Under the pieces are notes generated by a model. It had not been told where the DNA came from. It ran no database searches and was given only the letters and a program-made list of their open reading frames with translations. The position numbers and the translations under genes are program-made. A stretch of DNA of 63,891 nt, counting the filler, from Octopus bimaculoides (lineage: Eukaryota): the NCBI RefSeq assembly GCF_001194135.2. It is 6 parts of 5 records of this genome, joined end to end, with 100 filler letters (N's around TTAATTAATTAA, not from the genome) between each part and the next. Parts side by side here need not be neighbours in the genome. Positions count along the whole stretch, not along the records: positions 16,008 to 41,800 come from NC_068995.1; positions 41,901 to 51,028 come from NC_068991.1; 4 more parts are not named here. One strand, 5' to 3'. Shown here piece after piece: positions 36,682 to 49,485 of this stretch (positions are counted from its first letter, which is position 1; the number at the start of each line of letters is the position of its first letter).

Positions 36682-39547
36682 NNNNNNNNNNNNNNNNNNN
36701 NNNNNNNNNNNNNNNNNNNNNNNNNNNNNNNNNNNNNNNNNNNNNNNNNNNNNNNNNNNNNNNNNNNNNNNNNNNNNNNNNNNNNNNNNNNNNNNNNNNN
36801 NNNNNNNNNNNNNNNNNNNNNNNNNNNNNNNNNNNNNNNNNNNNNNNNNNNNNNNNNNNNNNNNNNNNNNNNNNNNNNNNNNNNNNNNNNNNNNNNNNNN
36901 NNNNNNNNNNNNNNNNNNNNNNNNNNNNNNNNNNNNNNNNNNNNNNNNNNNNNNNNNNNNNNNNNNNNNNNNNNNNNNNNNNNNNNNNNNNNNNNNNNNN
37001 NNNNNNNNNNNNNNNNNNNNNNNNNNNNNNNNNNNNNNNNNNNNNNNNNNNNNNNNNNNNNNNNNNNNNNNNNNNNNNNNNNNNNNNNNNNNNNNNNNNN
37101 NNNNNNNNNNNNNNNNNNNNNNNNNNNNNNNNNNNNNNNNNNNNNNNNNNNNNNNNNNNNNNNNNNNNNNNNNNNNNNNNNNNNNNNNNNNNNNNNNNNN
37201 NNNNNNNNNNNNNNNNNNNNNNNNNNNNNNNNNNNNNNNNNNNNNNNNNNNNNNNNNNNNNNNNNNNNNNNNNNNNNNNNNNNNNNNNNNNNNNNNNNNN
37301 NNNNNNNTATATATATTCACATGCATACATACATGTAGAAATCACTTTCACGTAGATGGCATCATTCGATATTTTCTCGCTTGTTTTTTTTTTTAAGTCA
37401 ACACGTCACTCGGTGTTTATTGACGTACATCATGTATCTCGTCGGTCCTTTTAAACCATACTTTGCTGATAAGCTCTAATAAGACCGGAACATGCCCAAA
37501 GTTATCACTCCTCCGCTAACGATTGCACTTACTACCCATGCTTGATAAATTTAAAATAATTTAAACTGGAGTTATCTCCCTTGCATTTATTTACTAGAAT
37601 TAGCTATCTAATTCGCGACATTTATTTAATTTAAATAAACTGCCTTCGTTTACTAAGTATACTAGTGCATACTTTACTAATTGTTTTTCTTTTTTATGCA
37701 GCAGGCGTCTCGGGTGGTTTTTTTCTGGGGTTTTTTCTCCAGTCATTCTTATAATATGCTGAAATAATTATGGTACTGAAGTTCCACCGCCCCATTGTCT
37801 GCAATATCAGTATACATAGACGCCCACCCTTTTGGCAGGGCTTGTCACCAGTCTTTCACTTGTACTGGGTTACATGGCAATTGTCTTAAATGAATTGATT
37901 CACGTGGTTGGTAATAGAGACTGCTGCTGAGTGAAAATGAGGGGAGGGAAAGAGAGGATGGAGATGATGAGGGTGAGAGGGGAGTAGGAGGAAGGGCAAT
38001 GTCGGTGACCTTTGCAGTTAGTCTCTCCTAGCAGACTAAAGTGAAGTTGATACCATCGATGTGCAGTTACAACATGTGTAGATCGACGGCTTAATGTCTG
38101 TAAGAGAAATGTGGGCGATCGGGCATTTTCAGAGGGTGCAGCTTCTATTGTTGAAGGATTGGAAAAGGAAAAGTATTTGTTGCGAGTTCTGGGGCGATAA
38201 GACACAATGAGGACGCTAGAAATAGAAGAGATGTGCATCTTTGATTCGTTTATGTGAACCAGATGGATGGGTAGCTATTCAGTTAGTGAGCTCAGAGGAT
38301 CTAATGTAAGGCTAATTGTTGTTGTCCTCTTCGTCGTTGTCGTTGCTTAGCCTAAGGTCAGCTTTGACCAAGTAGGTACATAATCAAAGCCATTGTCATA
38401 CCGTCTTTTTCCCACGTACAGGAAACCAGAAAATATATTATCCAATGCGTACTTACCAAAAACAGGGGTATGTAACTTGAGGGAGGCTTGGCTGCTGCTT
38501 CTAGACGGTAGAGCGATCGAATAGAAGTTCTCTAGAGAGTCCATGCTTGAGCTAACGTATGATATCAATGCATGTCGTCTGGTCTCCATATTCAACAAGG
38601 GACCTTCTATATAATCGCTTGACCTATTGTTGAATATAATGTTTCTTGGGGAGAGAGAGAGAGGGNNNNNNNNNNNNNNNNNNNNNNNNNNNNNNNNNNN
38701 NNNNNNNNNNNNNNNNNNNNNNNNNNNNNNNNNNNNNNNNNNNNNNNNNNNNNNNNNNNNNNNNNNNNNNNNNNNNNNNNNNNNNNNNNNNNNNNNNNNN
38801 NNNNNNNNNNNNNNNNNNNNNNNNNNNNNNNNNNNNNNNNNNNNNNNNNNNNNNNNNNNNNNNNNNNNNNNNNNNNNNNNNNNNNNNNNNNNNNNNNNNN
38901 NNNNNNNNNNNNNNNNNNNNNNNNNNNNNNNNNNNNNNNNNNNNNNNNNNNNNNNNNNNNNNNNNNNNNNNNNNNNNNNNNNNNNNNNNNNNNNNNNNNN
39001 NNNNNNNNNNNNNNNNNNNNNNNNNNNNNNNNNNNNNNNNNNNNNNNNNNNNNNNNNNNNNNNNNNNNNNNNNNNNNNNNNNNNNNNNNNNNNNNNNNNN
39101 NNNNNNNNNNNNNNNNNNNNNNNNNNNNNNNNNNNNNNNNNNNNNNNNNNNNNNNNNNNNNNNNNNNNNNNNNNNNNNNNNNNNNNNNNNNNNNNNNNNN
39201 NNNNNNNNNNNNNNNNNNNNNNNNNNNNNNNNNNNNNNNNNNNNNNNNNNNNNNNNNNNNNNNNNNNNNNNNNNNNNNNNNNNNNNNNNNNNNNNNNNNN
39301 NNNNNNNNNNNNNNNNNNNNNNNNNNNNNNNNNNNNNNNNNNNNNNNNNNNNNNNNNNNNNNNNNNNNNNNNNNNNNNNNNNNNNNNNNNNNNNNNNNNN
39401 NNNNNNNNNNNNNNNNNNNNNNNNNNNNNNNNNNNNNNNNNNNNNNNNNNNNNNNNNNNNNNNNNNNNNNNNNNNNNNNNNNNNNNNNNNNNNNNNNNNN
39501 NNNNNNNNNNNNNNNNNNNNNNNNNNNNNNNNNNNAATTCGCCTATT

Positions 39548-39712
39548 GGACAATTGGCTGATTGGACAATAAGTCGACATGCGAAAGTATCGATCATTTA
39601 CTTTGTTTTTAAAAGATATGGACATATTGTCCTTTCGGCAAATTGTCCAATCAGTCAATTGTCCTGCCTATAAGTTGTCTGTCGGCTAACTATCTGTCGA
39701 CGAATTGTCCGT
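39548..39712. repeat. short inverted repeat plus ~15-nt subrepeats (DNA transposon terminus/MITE-like)
   Basis: ggacaattggctgattggacaat (39548-39570) versus attgtccaatcagtcaattgtcc (39642-39664), one mismatch; further ttgtc-motif subrepeats follow. Confidence 0.7.
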
Positions 39713-39718
39713 TTATCA

Positions 39719-39913
39719 GTTCTCAGGGAGATTCAGTGTGACACCGAATGTAACAAGGCTGGCCCTTTGAAATACAGGTACTACTCATTTTTGCCTGCTG
39801 AGAGGACTGGAGCAATGTGAAATAAAGCGTCTTGCCCAAGGACACAACGCGCCTCCAGGTATCGAACTCACGATTGTGAGCCGAATACACTTACCACTAA
39901 GCCATACTCCTTC
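39719..39913 (-). mobile_element. tRNA-derived SINE with CORE-like segment, sharing its 3' module with family B
   Basis: Minus strand tggcttagtggtaag (A box), gagttcgatacc (B box), ttgtgtccttgggcaagacgc, then cctgtatttcaaagggccagccttg...ctgaatctccctgagaact. Confidence 0.8.
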
Positions 39914-40341
39914 ACGTTATACAACAACAGAATCACATGACTCCGGTCTGGATGTTGCATGATCTGCTGCATTTAACCCTCCTAGTTCCCTAAAATCTTA
40001 CTCGACATACATACAAGAATATAAGACACGTTGAATCATGTATTCCAAGATGTCCTATGTTTGAATAAAAGACGATTACAACTTCTGCAGGATTGCAACA
40101 GACGTAATACATTTCGAGGCTAAAATCACCTACAGTTGCTATAGATACAGTAAATATTTGCGGGTGTATACTCTCGTTTTACCTTTAAGTGCTAACATAA
40201 CTAAGGACATTGGTTCGGAATTTCAATCATATTTTCTTGCTTGACGAAGACAGTGAATGGAATCGACTAACAAAGTATACGAGAACACATGCTATATGAC
40301 ATTTTGGTTGTTGCTTTGTTGAGTATATGGCTACCATCGGC

Positions 40342-40520
40342 CCCTCTGTAACTAAAGAGATCGTTGTGCTTAATGGTACTCAAAGGCCTTTTTGTAATCA
40401 ATAAGATAGTTGCCGTTAACTGTGCTCACATTACTCTTTGTAGCCAATAAGATTGTCGTAGTTAACGGCGCCCACAAGCCTCTTTGTAACCAATAAGATC
40501 GTCGCATTTAATATCTGTCT
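40342..40520. repeat. 46-bp minisatellite, about 4 diverged copies
   Basis: Units aligned on tgta at 40347, 40393, 40439 and 40485 (period 46); consensus near ctctttgtaaccaataagatcgttgc.gttaacgg.gctcacaagc. Confidence 0.85.
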
Positions 40521-41767
40521 CAACGGTTGAAGGAAAAACGTGGGTAGGGAGATAATTCTAGAATTGTAGCACTTTTGAGAAGGAATGGTGTAGAGGTTAG
40601 TGTAATACGTGGATCTAGACACAATATGGCTGATGAGAGGAAGAGGACAGAGATAATGTGGATAGGGAGTGATTTGGTCGTACCTGAGTTGTGGTAGCAC
40701 ATAATCAATCAACTCCGAGGATCAAAAACCACTGTAGTAGCAACAGACTGGAATGTCTTTGATTGTAGATGTGCTACATCGAAGTTAGCCTAATGCTAAA
40801 CAACACCAACAACCACTGGTTCCTCTGCAAAAGTAAACTGGACTCTGCGTCGTATCAAACGAAATTATTTTAAATTCAGGATATTTGTGGACATACAGCG
40901 TTTTCGACGCTCACCTCTCTATGCACCCATACAGTCTACAGTTGCAGCAAGCTTTACTAAGGTCAGTGTCCTCCAGTTTTCTTATTGTCTGCATTCTTAG
41001 AGATGATACTGGGAGTATTTTGATACTGTGAATATCAAATAACAGACTTCCGGTTGACAAAATAACATAGCAAGCTGTAAATATTTTGCACATGAAGTCG
41101 ATGTTTTTCACATGAAATCGTCTGCACTGCATGTTTTGGAAATGCAGTGAACATCTGCAGACTCTGGAAATGAAACTAACGTTGTTATTGTTGCTGTTGT
41201 TCTTGTTTCGTTGTATTATAATCGTTTGAGGTCAGTGGCTTTGCAATTGTTTCAGACGATATGACTGTCTGTAGATTTCGTGATGGCGTAAAACTTCAAA
41301 TTTTGCAAATGTGTCTTTGTTAATGATCTTTCTTTCTCTTTTCTTTTCTTCTCTTTTTTTTTAAATTTATTATTCTGTTGTTGATGTTTACAGTCGGCAA
41401 ATCATCTTTTGACATTTTGTTGCTTAGTCATAGGTTATTCTTGACCCAGCATAGCCCTATGATCAAAAGATATTCCAGGCATTGTTTACCTACGTGTGTC
41501 TAGGACTTCATAGTTCGATGTGCCTTACCGTTTTTCAACACTGCTACGGTGTAATTTGGGGACGATAATTATTTATATATTTCTTATTTATTTCCTTATC
41601 CTTGTTTTATATATAAACAATAGCGTCGGTGGTTGCGGGTCAAGTCTCAAGTCCACTGTTTCTAACCGCAACAGAAACATGGGAGCATCTGTAACACCCG
41701 GTTTTCGCCGATATGTATACCCTTCACTGATATCAGCGAAAGATACAAACATCTCTCTCTCTCTCTC

Positions 41768-41800
<33 letters not shown>

Positions 41801-41900
41801 NNNNNNNNNNNNNNNNNNNNNNNNNNNNNNNNNNNNNNNNNNNNTTAATTAATTAANNNNNNNNNNNNNNNNNNNNNNNNNNNNNNNNNNNNNNNNNNNN

Positions 41901-41975
<75 letters not shown>

Positions 41976-42097
41976 GGTAATAATAAAATTAGCAGAAAGA
42001 AATTGGCACGCCGGAATGAATGTCACGGAGCATGTACTTTCGTTTCTCTATATTTTAAGTTCAAGTCTTAACTTTCATCAGTCCAGAGTCAAGAAGA

Positions 42098-42169
<72 letters not shown>

Positions 42170-43787
42170 CTATCCGTTATAAGCTATAATCGATTAACCA
42201 TCATGCCTTACAAAATGTCCTTATGTCAAACAAAAGAAAATCGTTAACCATTCATTTAATTATTAATCAATATGCTTAATTATCACCCGTATAATATTTT
42301 TCATTAACATTCTTTTCTCTTCTTTTAGCCTACTTCCTGCTCTTATTTCCCATTCTACTCGACTACCTCGTCTCATACTTAATCTCTCATTAAGATACAT
42401 ATTTTTATATCTTATTTTTATACCTTTTACCTTTTCTCTATCTTTTTCTCCTCCTCTTTTTTCCTGTTTTATCTTCTGTCCCCACTCGTCTTTCCATATC
42501 GTCTCCCCTTCATTTTCTGCTGTCCTGCAATGATCTCCCTACTTTCTGTTTGCTTCAGTAACCGTAACCGCCCTTTTTTTATTCTTTCGGTTTCACTCTG
42601 TGCCTAATCAACTCTACTCTCTCTCTTTCTTTCACTCTCTATTTCCCCCCTAATAACTTATTCTTATCGTCAGTTATTTCCTTTCACAAATTGATCATGC
42701 TCTCCTTTCTCATTCAATCTCATCTCCCTTTTATCCATTCTCTCTCTCCCTTTCTTCTCTCACTTTCTTTTTATCTCTCTCATCCTCGCTCCTTTCTCTC
42801 CCCTCCATCTCTCTCTTTCTGTCTTTCTCTCTCGTTTCTTGTTTCTCATGTGTGAAGCTCCGCCTTCTTTGTTTTATTACCAGTGATGTAGTTGATGATA
42901 GATATCTCTTTCAGTGTAGTAATTACAAATTCGGTATTTTGGAGCAATCTCGAGTATAACCAGCCGAAATTGCAAAGATAATCTGGAACTCGACCGAGGA
43001 AAGAAAACTCCGAATGACTCGTCCTTCTTTTCTTTGTATCGTCTGTCTGGACGTATTGCGTTCTTGTCCCATTTTTGTATTTTTTATATATAAATATATA
43101 GCGGCGTACGTACACTTTGGTCNNNNNNNNNNNNNNNNNNNNNNNNNNNNNNNNNNNNNNNNNNNNNNNNNNNNNNNNNNNNNNNNNNNNNNNNNNNNNN
43201 NNNNNNNNNNNNNNNNNNNNNNNNNNNNNNNNNNNNNNNNNNNNNNNNNNNNNNNNNNNNNNNNNNNNNNNNNNNNNNNNNNNNNNNNNNNNNNNNNNNN
43301 NNNNNNNNNNNNNNNNNNNNNNNNNNNNNNNNNNNNNNNNNNNNNNNNNNNNNNNNNNNNNNNNNNNNNNNNNNNNNNNNNNNNNNNNNNNNNNNNNNNN
43401 NNNNNNNNNNNNNNNNNNNNNNNNNNNNNNNNNNNNNNNNNNNNNNNNNNNNNNNNNNNNNNNNNNNNNNNNNNNNNNNNNNNNNNNNNNNNNNNNNNNN
43501 NNNNNNNNNNNNNNNNNNNNNNNNNNNNNNNNNNNNNNNNNNNNNNNNNNNNNNNNNNNNNNNNNNNNNNNNNNNNNNNNNNNNNNNNNNNNNNNNNNNN
43601 NNNNNNNNNNNNNNNNNNNNNNNNNNNNNNNNNNNNNNNNNNNNNNNNNNNNNNNNNNNNNNNNNNNNNNNNNNNNNNNNNNNNNNNNNNNNNNNNNNNN
43701 NNNNNNNNNNNNNNNNNNNNNNNNNNNNNNNNNNNNNNNNNNNNNNNNNNNNNNNNNNNNNNNNNNNNNNNNNNNNNNNNNNNNNNN

Positions 43788-43855
<68 letters not shown>

Positions 43856-43859
43856 CATG

Positions 43860-43926
<67 letters not shown>

Positions 43927-44609
43927 CAATAAGAACAGCAATGTTCTATGGAAGAAAAGAAGTGGTTTAATTATCCACGTGAGACTTTTAATGCTGGAAT
44001 GCATCAAGAAAATTCTTTGATCTTACCGTCTCATGATTGGGACTGTAGGTAGTGAAAGAATTATTGGGAGACTGCTCATTAGAGATGATGGCAAGATCAA
44101 ACAGGAATCCTGATTAGTAGCAATCGTTGAATTAGCATTACACCTGTCTTTCATAGTTTGAAATAATGTAATTCTGTGTATGTGTTTTTTTGTGAACTGG
44201 TGTATATCGTTCGGGGAGTGTTTATGCTTGTATTGGATATAAAAGTGGCCGGACTTATTAATTGTGTAGACGAGTACACGTGTATGTAGATATGCGGTTA
44301 TGTTAGTAAGTTCAAAATTGCGAACAACACACACACACACACACATCAGTTAGATGCCCATAAGAGAAATTGACTGTTATACATATTGTCGAGTTGTATA
44401 TTCCTGGTTATGTAATACAATCTGCAAGTACGTAATCATCGGAGGAACGCGCACATAACACACACACACACACACACACAAATAAAATAAATACACGCAC
44501 ACACGAACACACACGCACTTACACGCACACACACACAAATAAAGTAAAAACACGCGCATACATGCACACACGAACGCACACGCACACGTACTTACACACA
44601 CACACACAG

Positions 44610-44920
44610 AAATATGTTGGGGAACCGGAGGGCCCTTTTAGAGCCAGATTAGATATTCACTGGTCCTCTTAGAATCCAAAAGAAGTGCAACGTTACAACA
44701 TTAGCCAATTATATATGGCAATTGAAAGAAGGAATGCCGTACAAAAATCAGCTGGAACAACCTGGGCCATACCTGAAAGAAAGTAAGCGGTGTAAATCTT
44801 ACTTGGGCGAAAGGAGAATAATTCTAGAAAATTCGCACGATCCGAGTAGCTTAATGAACACACAAACCAAAGTTTTAGCCGCCGCACTCATGACAGAAAA
44901 TTTGTTTTATAAACATGGCT
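44610..44920 (+). mobile_element. Penelope-like element GIY-YIG remnant
   Basis: KYVGEPEGPFRARLDIHWSS then, after a frameshift, KKCNVTTLANYIWQLKEGMPYK...PYLKESKRCKSYLGERRIILENSHDPSSLMN. Confidence 0.85.
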
Positions 44921-45057
44921 TTCAACATTTTCGAACTAGAGAACGGAAAACATGTACCATTGAAAGTAGCTCTTATTTGCCCCACGGAAAATGTTATACC
45001 GTTTAATTTCGCTTTTTATCACCACACAGCTAACCAGGACTTTATATTCACCTCCAG

Positions 45058-45058
45058 C

Positions 45059-45119
<61 letters not shown>

Positions 45120-45133
45120 CAGACATATTACAC

Positions 45134-45212
<79 letters not shown>

Positions 45213-45275
45213 CAGACGGACGAACGGACGAACGGACGACAGATAGATAGATAGATAAATAGATAGATAGATAGA
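45058..45275. repeat. (TAGA)n/(GACG) array
   Basis: Read directly. Confidence 0.95.
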
Positions 45276-46163
45276 TTACAAAGTTGGTTGAAAAGTTAAA
45301 TAAAAAAATTAAATAGTTGCGTAACAAGAGAGATAGACACAAAGTTAAGCAGGAAGATAGAGATAAACAATTGGATAGATAAATAGATATATCGTTAGTT
45401 AAAAAAAAACAAAACAGGTAAACAGATAGCTAGACTGATAACATAGACACAAAGATAGTTGCAAAGATAAATAGGTAGATTGATAACAACACAGACAGAG
45501 ACAAGCAGGCACCACTGATAGACACCAGATAGTTAGTTCTAAGACGAAACCACATGTGTCCATCATTGCGTGAAAGACATGTTGGACTCTCCTATACACA
45601 CAAGCAAACACACACAAACATACATACATACATACATACATACATACATACATACATACATAAATACATAGACACACACACACACATATATGAGTATATA
45701 TAAACATACATACACATACACATATATGTCTGAATGTGTATATATGCATATACACACACATATATATATATCGATACATATACATACGTATATATAATAT
45801 ATTTTATATAAATATATATATATACATGCACACACGTGCACGCATAAATGGTGCGGGTGTGTAGGGGTGCGTGCGTGCGTGCGTGCGTGTGTGCGTACGT
45901 GCGCGTATGCAGTCCAGCAGACGTGCTCTGGTATCATCCTGCAAATACGGTAAATAGTTTCTGTCTGGTTAATATAGCTTCGAATCTACCAGAATCGCAG
46001 AAACTTCAGTCATCTGAAACCGTCCAACATATCACATTTATCCTCGTTGGACCTATCCATAACATAGAAAGCTGCCGTGCAATACAAAAAAAAAAAAAAA
46101 AATTATGTCTTAAACGATCTTTTCCGTTCAGCCTCGCCACCAAATGAGGTTTCTTGTTTTCAG

Positions 46164-46230
46164 GTTAGCTTTCTATCTGTCCAATACAACAATGACAAAC
46201 ACACTGTAGTTGACAGTAATACATGCAAAT
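46164..46230 (+). CDS. candidate small exon, product unknown
   Basis: Strong acceptor tttcttgttttcAG and donor AAT|GTATGT; the only open frame is VSFLSVQYNNDKHTVVDSNTCK. Confidence 0.25.
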
Positions 46231-47689
46231 GTATGTACGGACGCTTGAACGTACTCTTGTATGTGCCTCTGCGTTATTTATTATCAATATTTAGTTACAA
46301 TATGTATACATAGGCATTCGTGTTTCCGCTAATTAAACTAATGTATAATTGTTCATGCGTCTGCATATACATACATACATACATACATACATACATACAT
46401 ACATACATACATGCATACATGCATACATACATACATACATACATACATACTTACATACGTACGTAGTACGTTTGCAATTATATGTATCAATGTTCTTTAT
46501 GCTGAGTTACGAGAAATACAATTTTACCGTAATCTGAAGTATTACTCAATACTTTTTGTAGAGTACATATTCTTTAATAAAAGATGCAGGCTGGCTGTGT
46601 GGTTAGAATCTCGCCTCCCAACCACATGGTTCTGTATTATATTTGATGCATTTTAATTGGGGAGATTATTGAAATTTAGGCTTTTTTCTTAGTGAGGGCT
46701 AAATAGATAATATTTAAGTATTGTTTAACTAAAAGAGTTTTATTTTTCGAAACAATTCATTTCGTTTCCGGTAAACTGAATATATATATTGCACAATATT
46801 TATATTTACAATTCTCCATAAACAACGATTTTAGTGAACTTTTTGTTTTCATCGCTATGATATCATTTTCTGGTTCATTCGAAGGAGCCTCGACTGCTAT
46901 TTCTTGCAGGCCGAGTAACCTGTAAAAGCTTTCACGGCTGTGAATATTTGTATGTTAGTAATAATTGAGGAAAACGTTTAATATAAAAAGAAGGATTAGT
47001 TTTTATATTCCACAATGTTAACATTACAGAGAAACATCTAAGCCCAAAACAAAGTGGTAAATGATAAAAGTTTCAGTGAATTGTTTTTATTTTCGATAAG
47101 GAATGTTTTCATGACCTTTTGTTCATAATTTCTCAATGGTTGTATATCAACAAATGTTTATGCGGAATATAATACATTTACCTTACAAACGGCAGAATTG
47201 ACTCTTTTACTAACTAAAGGCTTTTATACAAGTTAACAAATCTAAAAATAAGTACTTGTAAGTGACAGTAACAACGGCATTCAATAAATCAAAATAGGTT
47301 TACGGTAGAATTAACTGTTTTACTGACTGAAGCTTTTAGTAAATCTGTCATTATTTTATTACCTTTCTCTTTCTTCCAGTCTCCCTGTCATTGTCTTTCT
47401 CTCTTTTTCTTCACACATTTTGTTTTATTTGAAAGTGAAATATTCATGACCATGTTTTTCGGTGGTATGCGAAGAAAAAAAAAGTTTTCAACGAAAATAA
47501 AACACAAACCTTATTTTTCCTTAAGTTGCATATGTGAATTCACTGCCTTTTTTTTTTTTTATTCTTCAACAAATAAATTACTTGGAAATCATCGACTGCG
47601 TATTTATAAGGGAGATCAGTAAGTTATGACGTTGTAATGGAAATAAATCGAAACTTTCAAATGAAATATAGAACAAAGGAAAATATCAA

Positions 47690-48170
47690 ATACATTGCTT
47701 CCATGCAACTTTCTCTATTCAAAATCGTGATTGAAATGACATCATAATAGAACGTTTTATCAAATTCCACGAAATGTCTTGTTTACGAAACCATTGAAAC
47801 AGCGTGTCTCGGACAAATGGACGGAGAAATGCTGCTCTTATAGTATAGTTTCCTTGCATAAATACATCCTCGCCATCGGCATATCCTGTCAGTATTGTTG
47901 ATGTTATATCTGTTCGATTACCAACCTTGTACCATTGCACAAACGTGAAGAATCCAAGTTTTTAAGAAGACTAACTGAGACTCTTCAATATTTATTTGTG
48001 ATGTATAGTACACCAGGTGGCCCTGGCCGTTGAGAAACTCAGTGGAATAATTCGTAGCTTATTTTGAGATCTAAAACTATCTGTAGCATGAAATTATGAA
48101 TGATTTATCCATTGAACATCTTGACAGCTTTATTGATTGGAACATCATTTGTGACTGTGACAGTTGAGTC
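47690..48170 (-). mobile_element. Helitron PIF1-type helicase remnant
   Basis: Minus strand with frameshifts: NYSTEFLNG...PGV...LLKNLDSSRLCNGTRLVIEQI / ITSTILTGYADGEDVFM. This matches Helitron NYPTEFLNSL.PPG.PPH...LLRNL.PP.LCNGTRL....IEATILTG...GEDVFIP. Confidence 0.8.
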
Positions 48171-48611
48171 GAATGTTGCAAAAGACTTTATTTATTGGTT
48201 AGATCAAAAAAGCCTTTAAATAAAAAAAAACCTTTATCAAACCATAGATATTATCAGAGATAATACCAGTATTATGCTTTTCGCCGGCTCAATATGCACT
48301 TACAAAAAGAATAAGTTGACATACACGGTATCACACAACACAGAATAAAATTAGATAGGAAAACATTTATAAAAGATACATTTAGCTAATACAGTAATCC
48401 TCACAAAAAAACAGACCATGAATGATTCAAGTAATACTAATAGCCCAACAAAATTTTAAACTATGCATTCGAGTTGCATACATTACTCACATACAAAATA
48501 TAAATTGTCACTGACTGATAATGTATGAATCGTACGCCTAAAAATTAAAATTCCGGTGATAATGTCAACAACAATTACATCAGCGCAGCTTGCTATGAAG
48601 AAACAGAATCA

Positions 48612-48655
<44 letters not shown>

Positions 48656-49107
48656 AGGCTCGCACGCGCACTACACTTCATCAAAAGGTACATGTAGGTG
48701 TGGCAACGTTGATAAAAGCCGTTGCGTTTTCGATGCAGCACAATATGTCTGTGTGTGTGGGGGGGGGGGGTACACACACATTCACACACACACATACACA
48801 CACACACATACACACACATATGTATGTATATATGTACTTGTATACATACATACACGCATGTATAGTAATGTATAAACTGGTGTAAATCGTAATTTTTGCG
48901 TTTCTTATGCTTTTACTCCTTCATTCCCAATTTGCGGCGTTCTTGCTTGTATTTAAGTTAAAGTTCATATTCATAGAACAATATTACTCAATATAAAAGA
49001 ATTTACAGTACTAATTTATGCAATAGTTGAGAGTAAAAATTAAAAGTAATTATAATCACAACCTTTAAAATGTGATTTCGTATCTAGTATCGTTCATCGT
49101 TGCTAGT

Positions 49108-49211
49108 AACGTGTGGTGTGTTACTTTTTTAGTCTAAAAAAACATGACTTTTATATGAAATAAGTGTCTTAAGTTAAAATACTAGAGAAATGCTATCCGA
49201 ATGGTTTTAAA
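49108..49211 (+). repeat. about 105-bp direct repeat, copy 1
   Basis: Matches 50771-50874, including an identical atatgaaataagtgtcttaagttaaaa core. Confidence 0.9.
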
Positions 49212-49222
49212 TAATTATATGC

Positions 49223-49485
49223 AGAATCTCTGCTTGACCTCACTAACATGCTTTTTATGGAGAAAATAGTGCTCCGCCCAACAAGGGGAGAATGTCCTGG
49301 ACCTCTGTTTCATAAACAACACGGCATTCATTCATAATGTTGGGGTGACACCGACGACTTACTCGGACCATAATTTAATAGAACCAACAGTGTATGGTCC
49401 GCAGAAGACTACAGGTATGCAGGCTACTAGAAGCACCCAATTCCTCTCCAGCCTGAACTTTCACAAAGCTGATTGGAAGGGTCAT
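49223..49485 (+). mobile_element. CR1/Jockey-group LINE APE endonuclease C-terminal remnant
   Basis: LLDLTNMLFMEKIVLRPTR / GENVLDLCFINN...TYSDHNLIE...LNFHKADWK contains the APE PTR..N.LDL and SDH motifs and the CR1-like NF.KADW motif. Confidence 0.8.

Noticed and set aside
38090-38200. GDRAFS motif suggesting an L2/CR1 3' end
   Set aside because: Only six residues match; the following WN.LP motif is absent.
40342-40520. CRISPR-like repeat-spacer array
   Set aside because: The whole unit is repeated with no unique spacers, in a eukaryotic context with no cas genes.
44027-44150. Minus-strand donor CG|GTAAGA with open upstream frames
   Set aside because: Ambiguous acceptor and low-information peptide; cannot be supported without RNA data.
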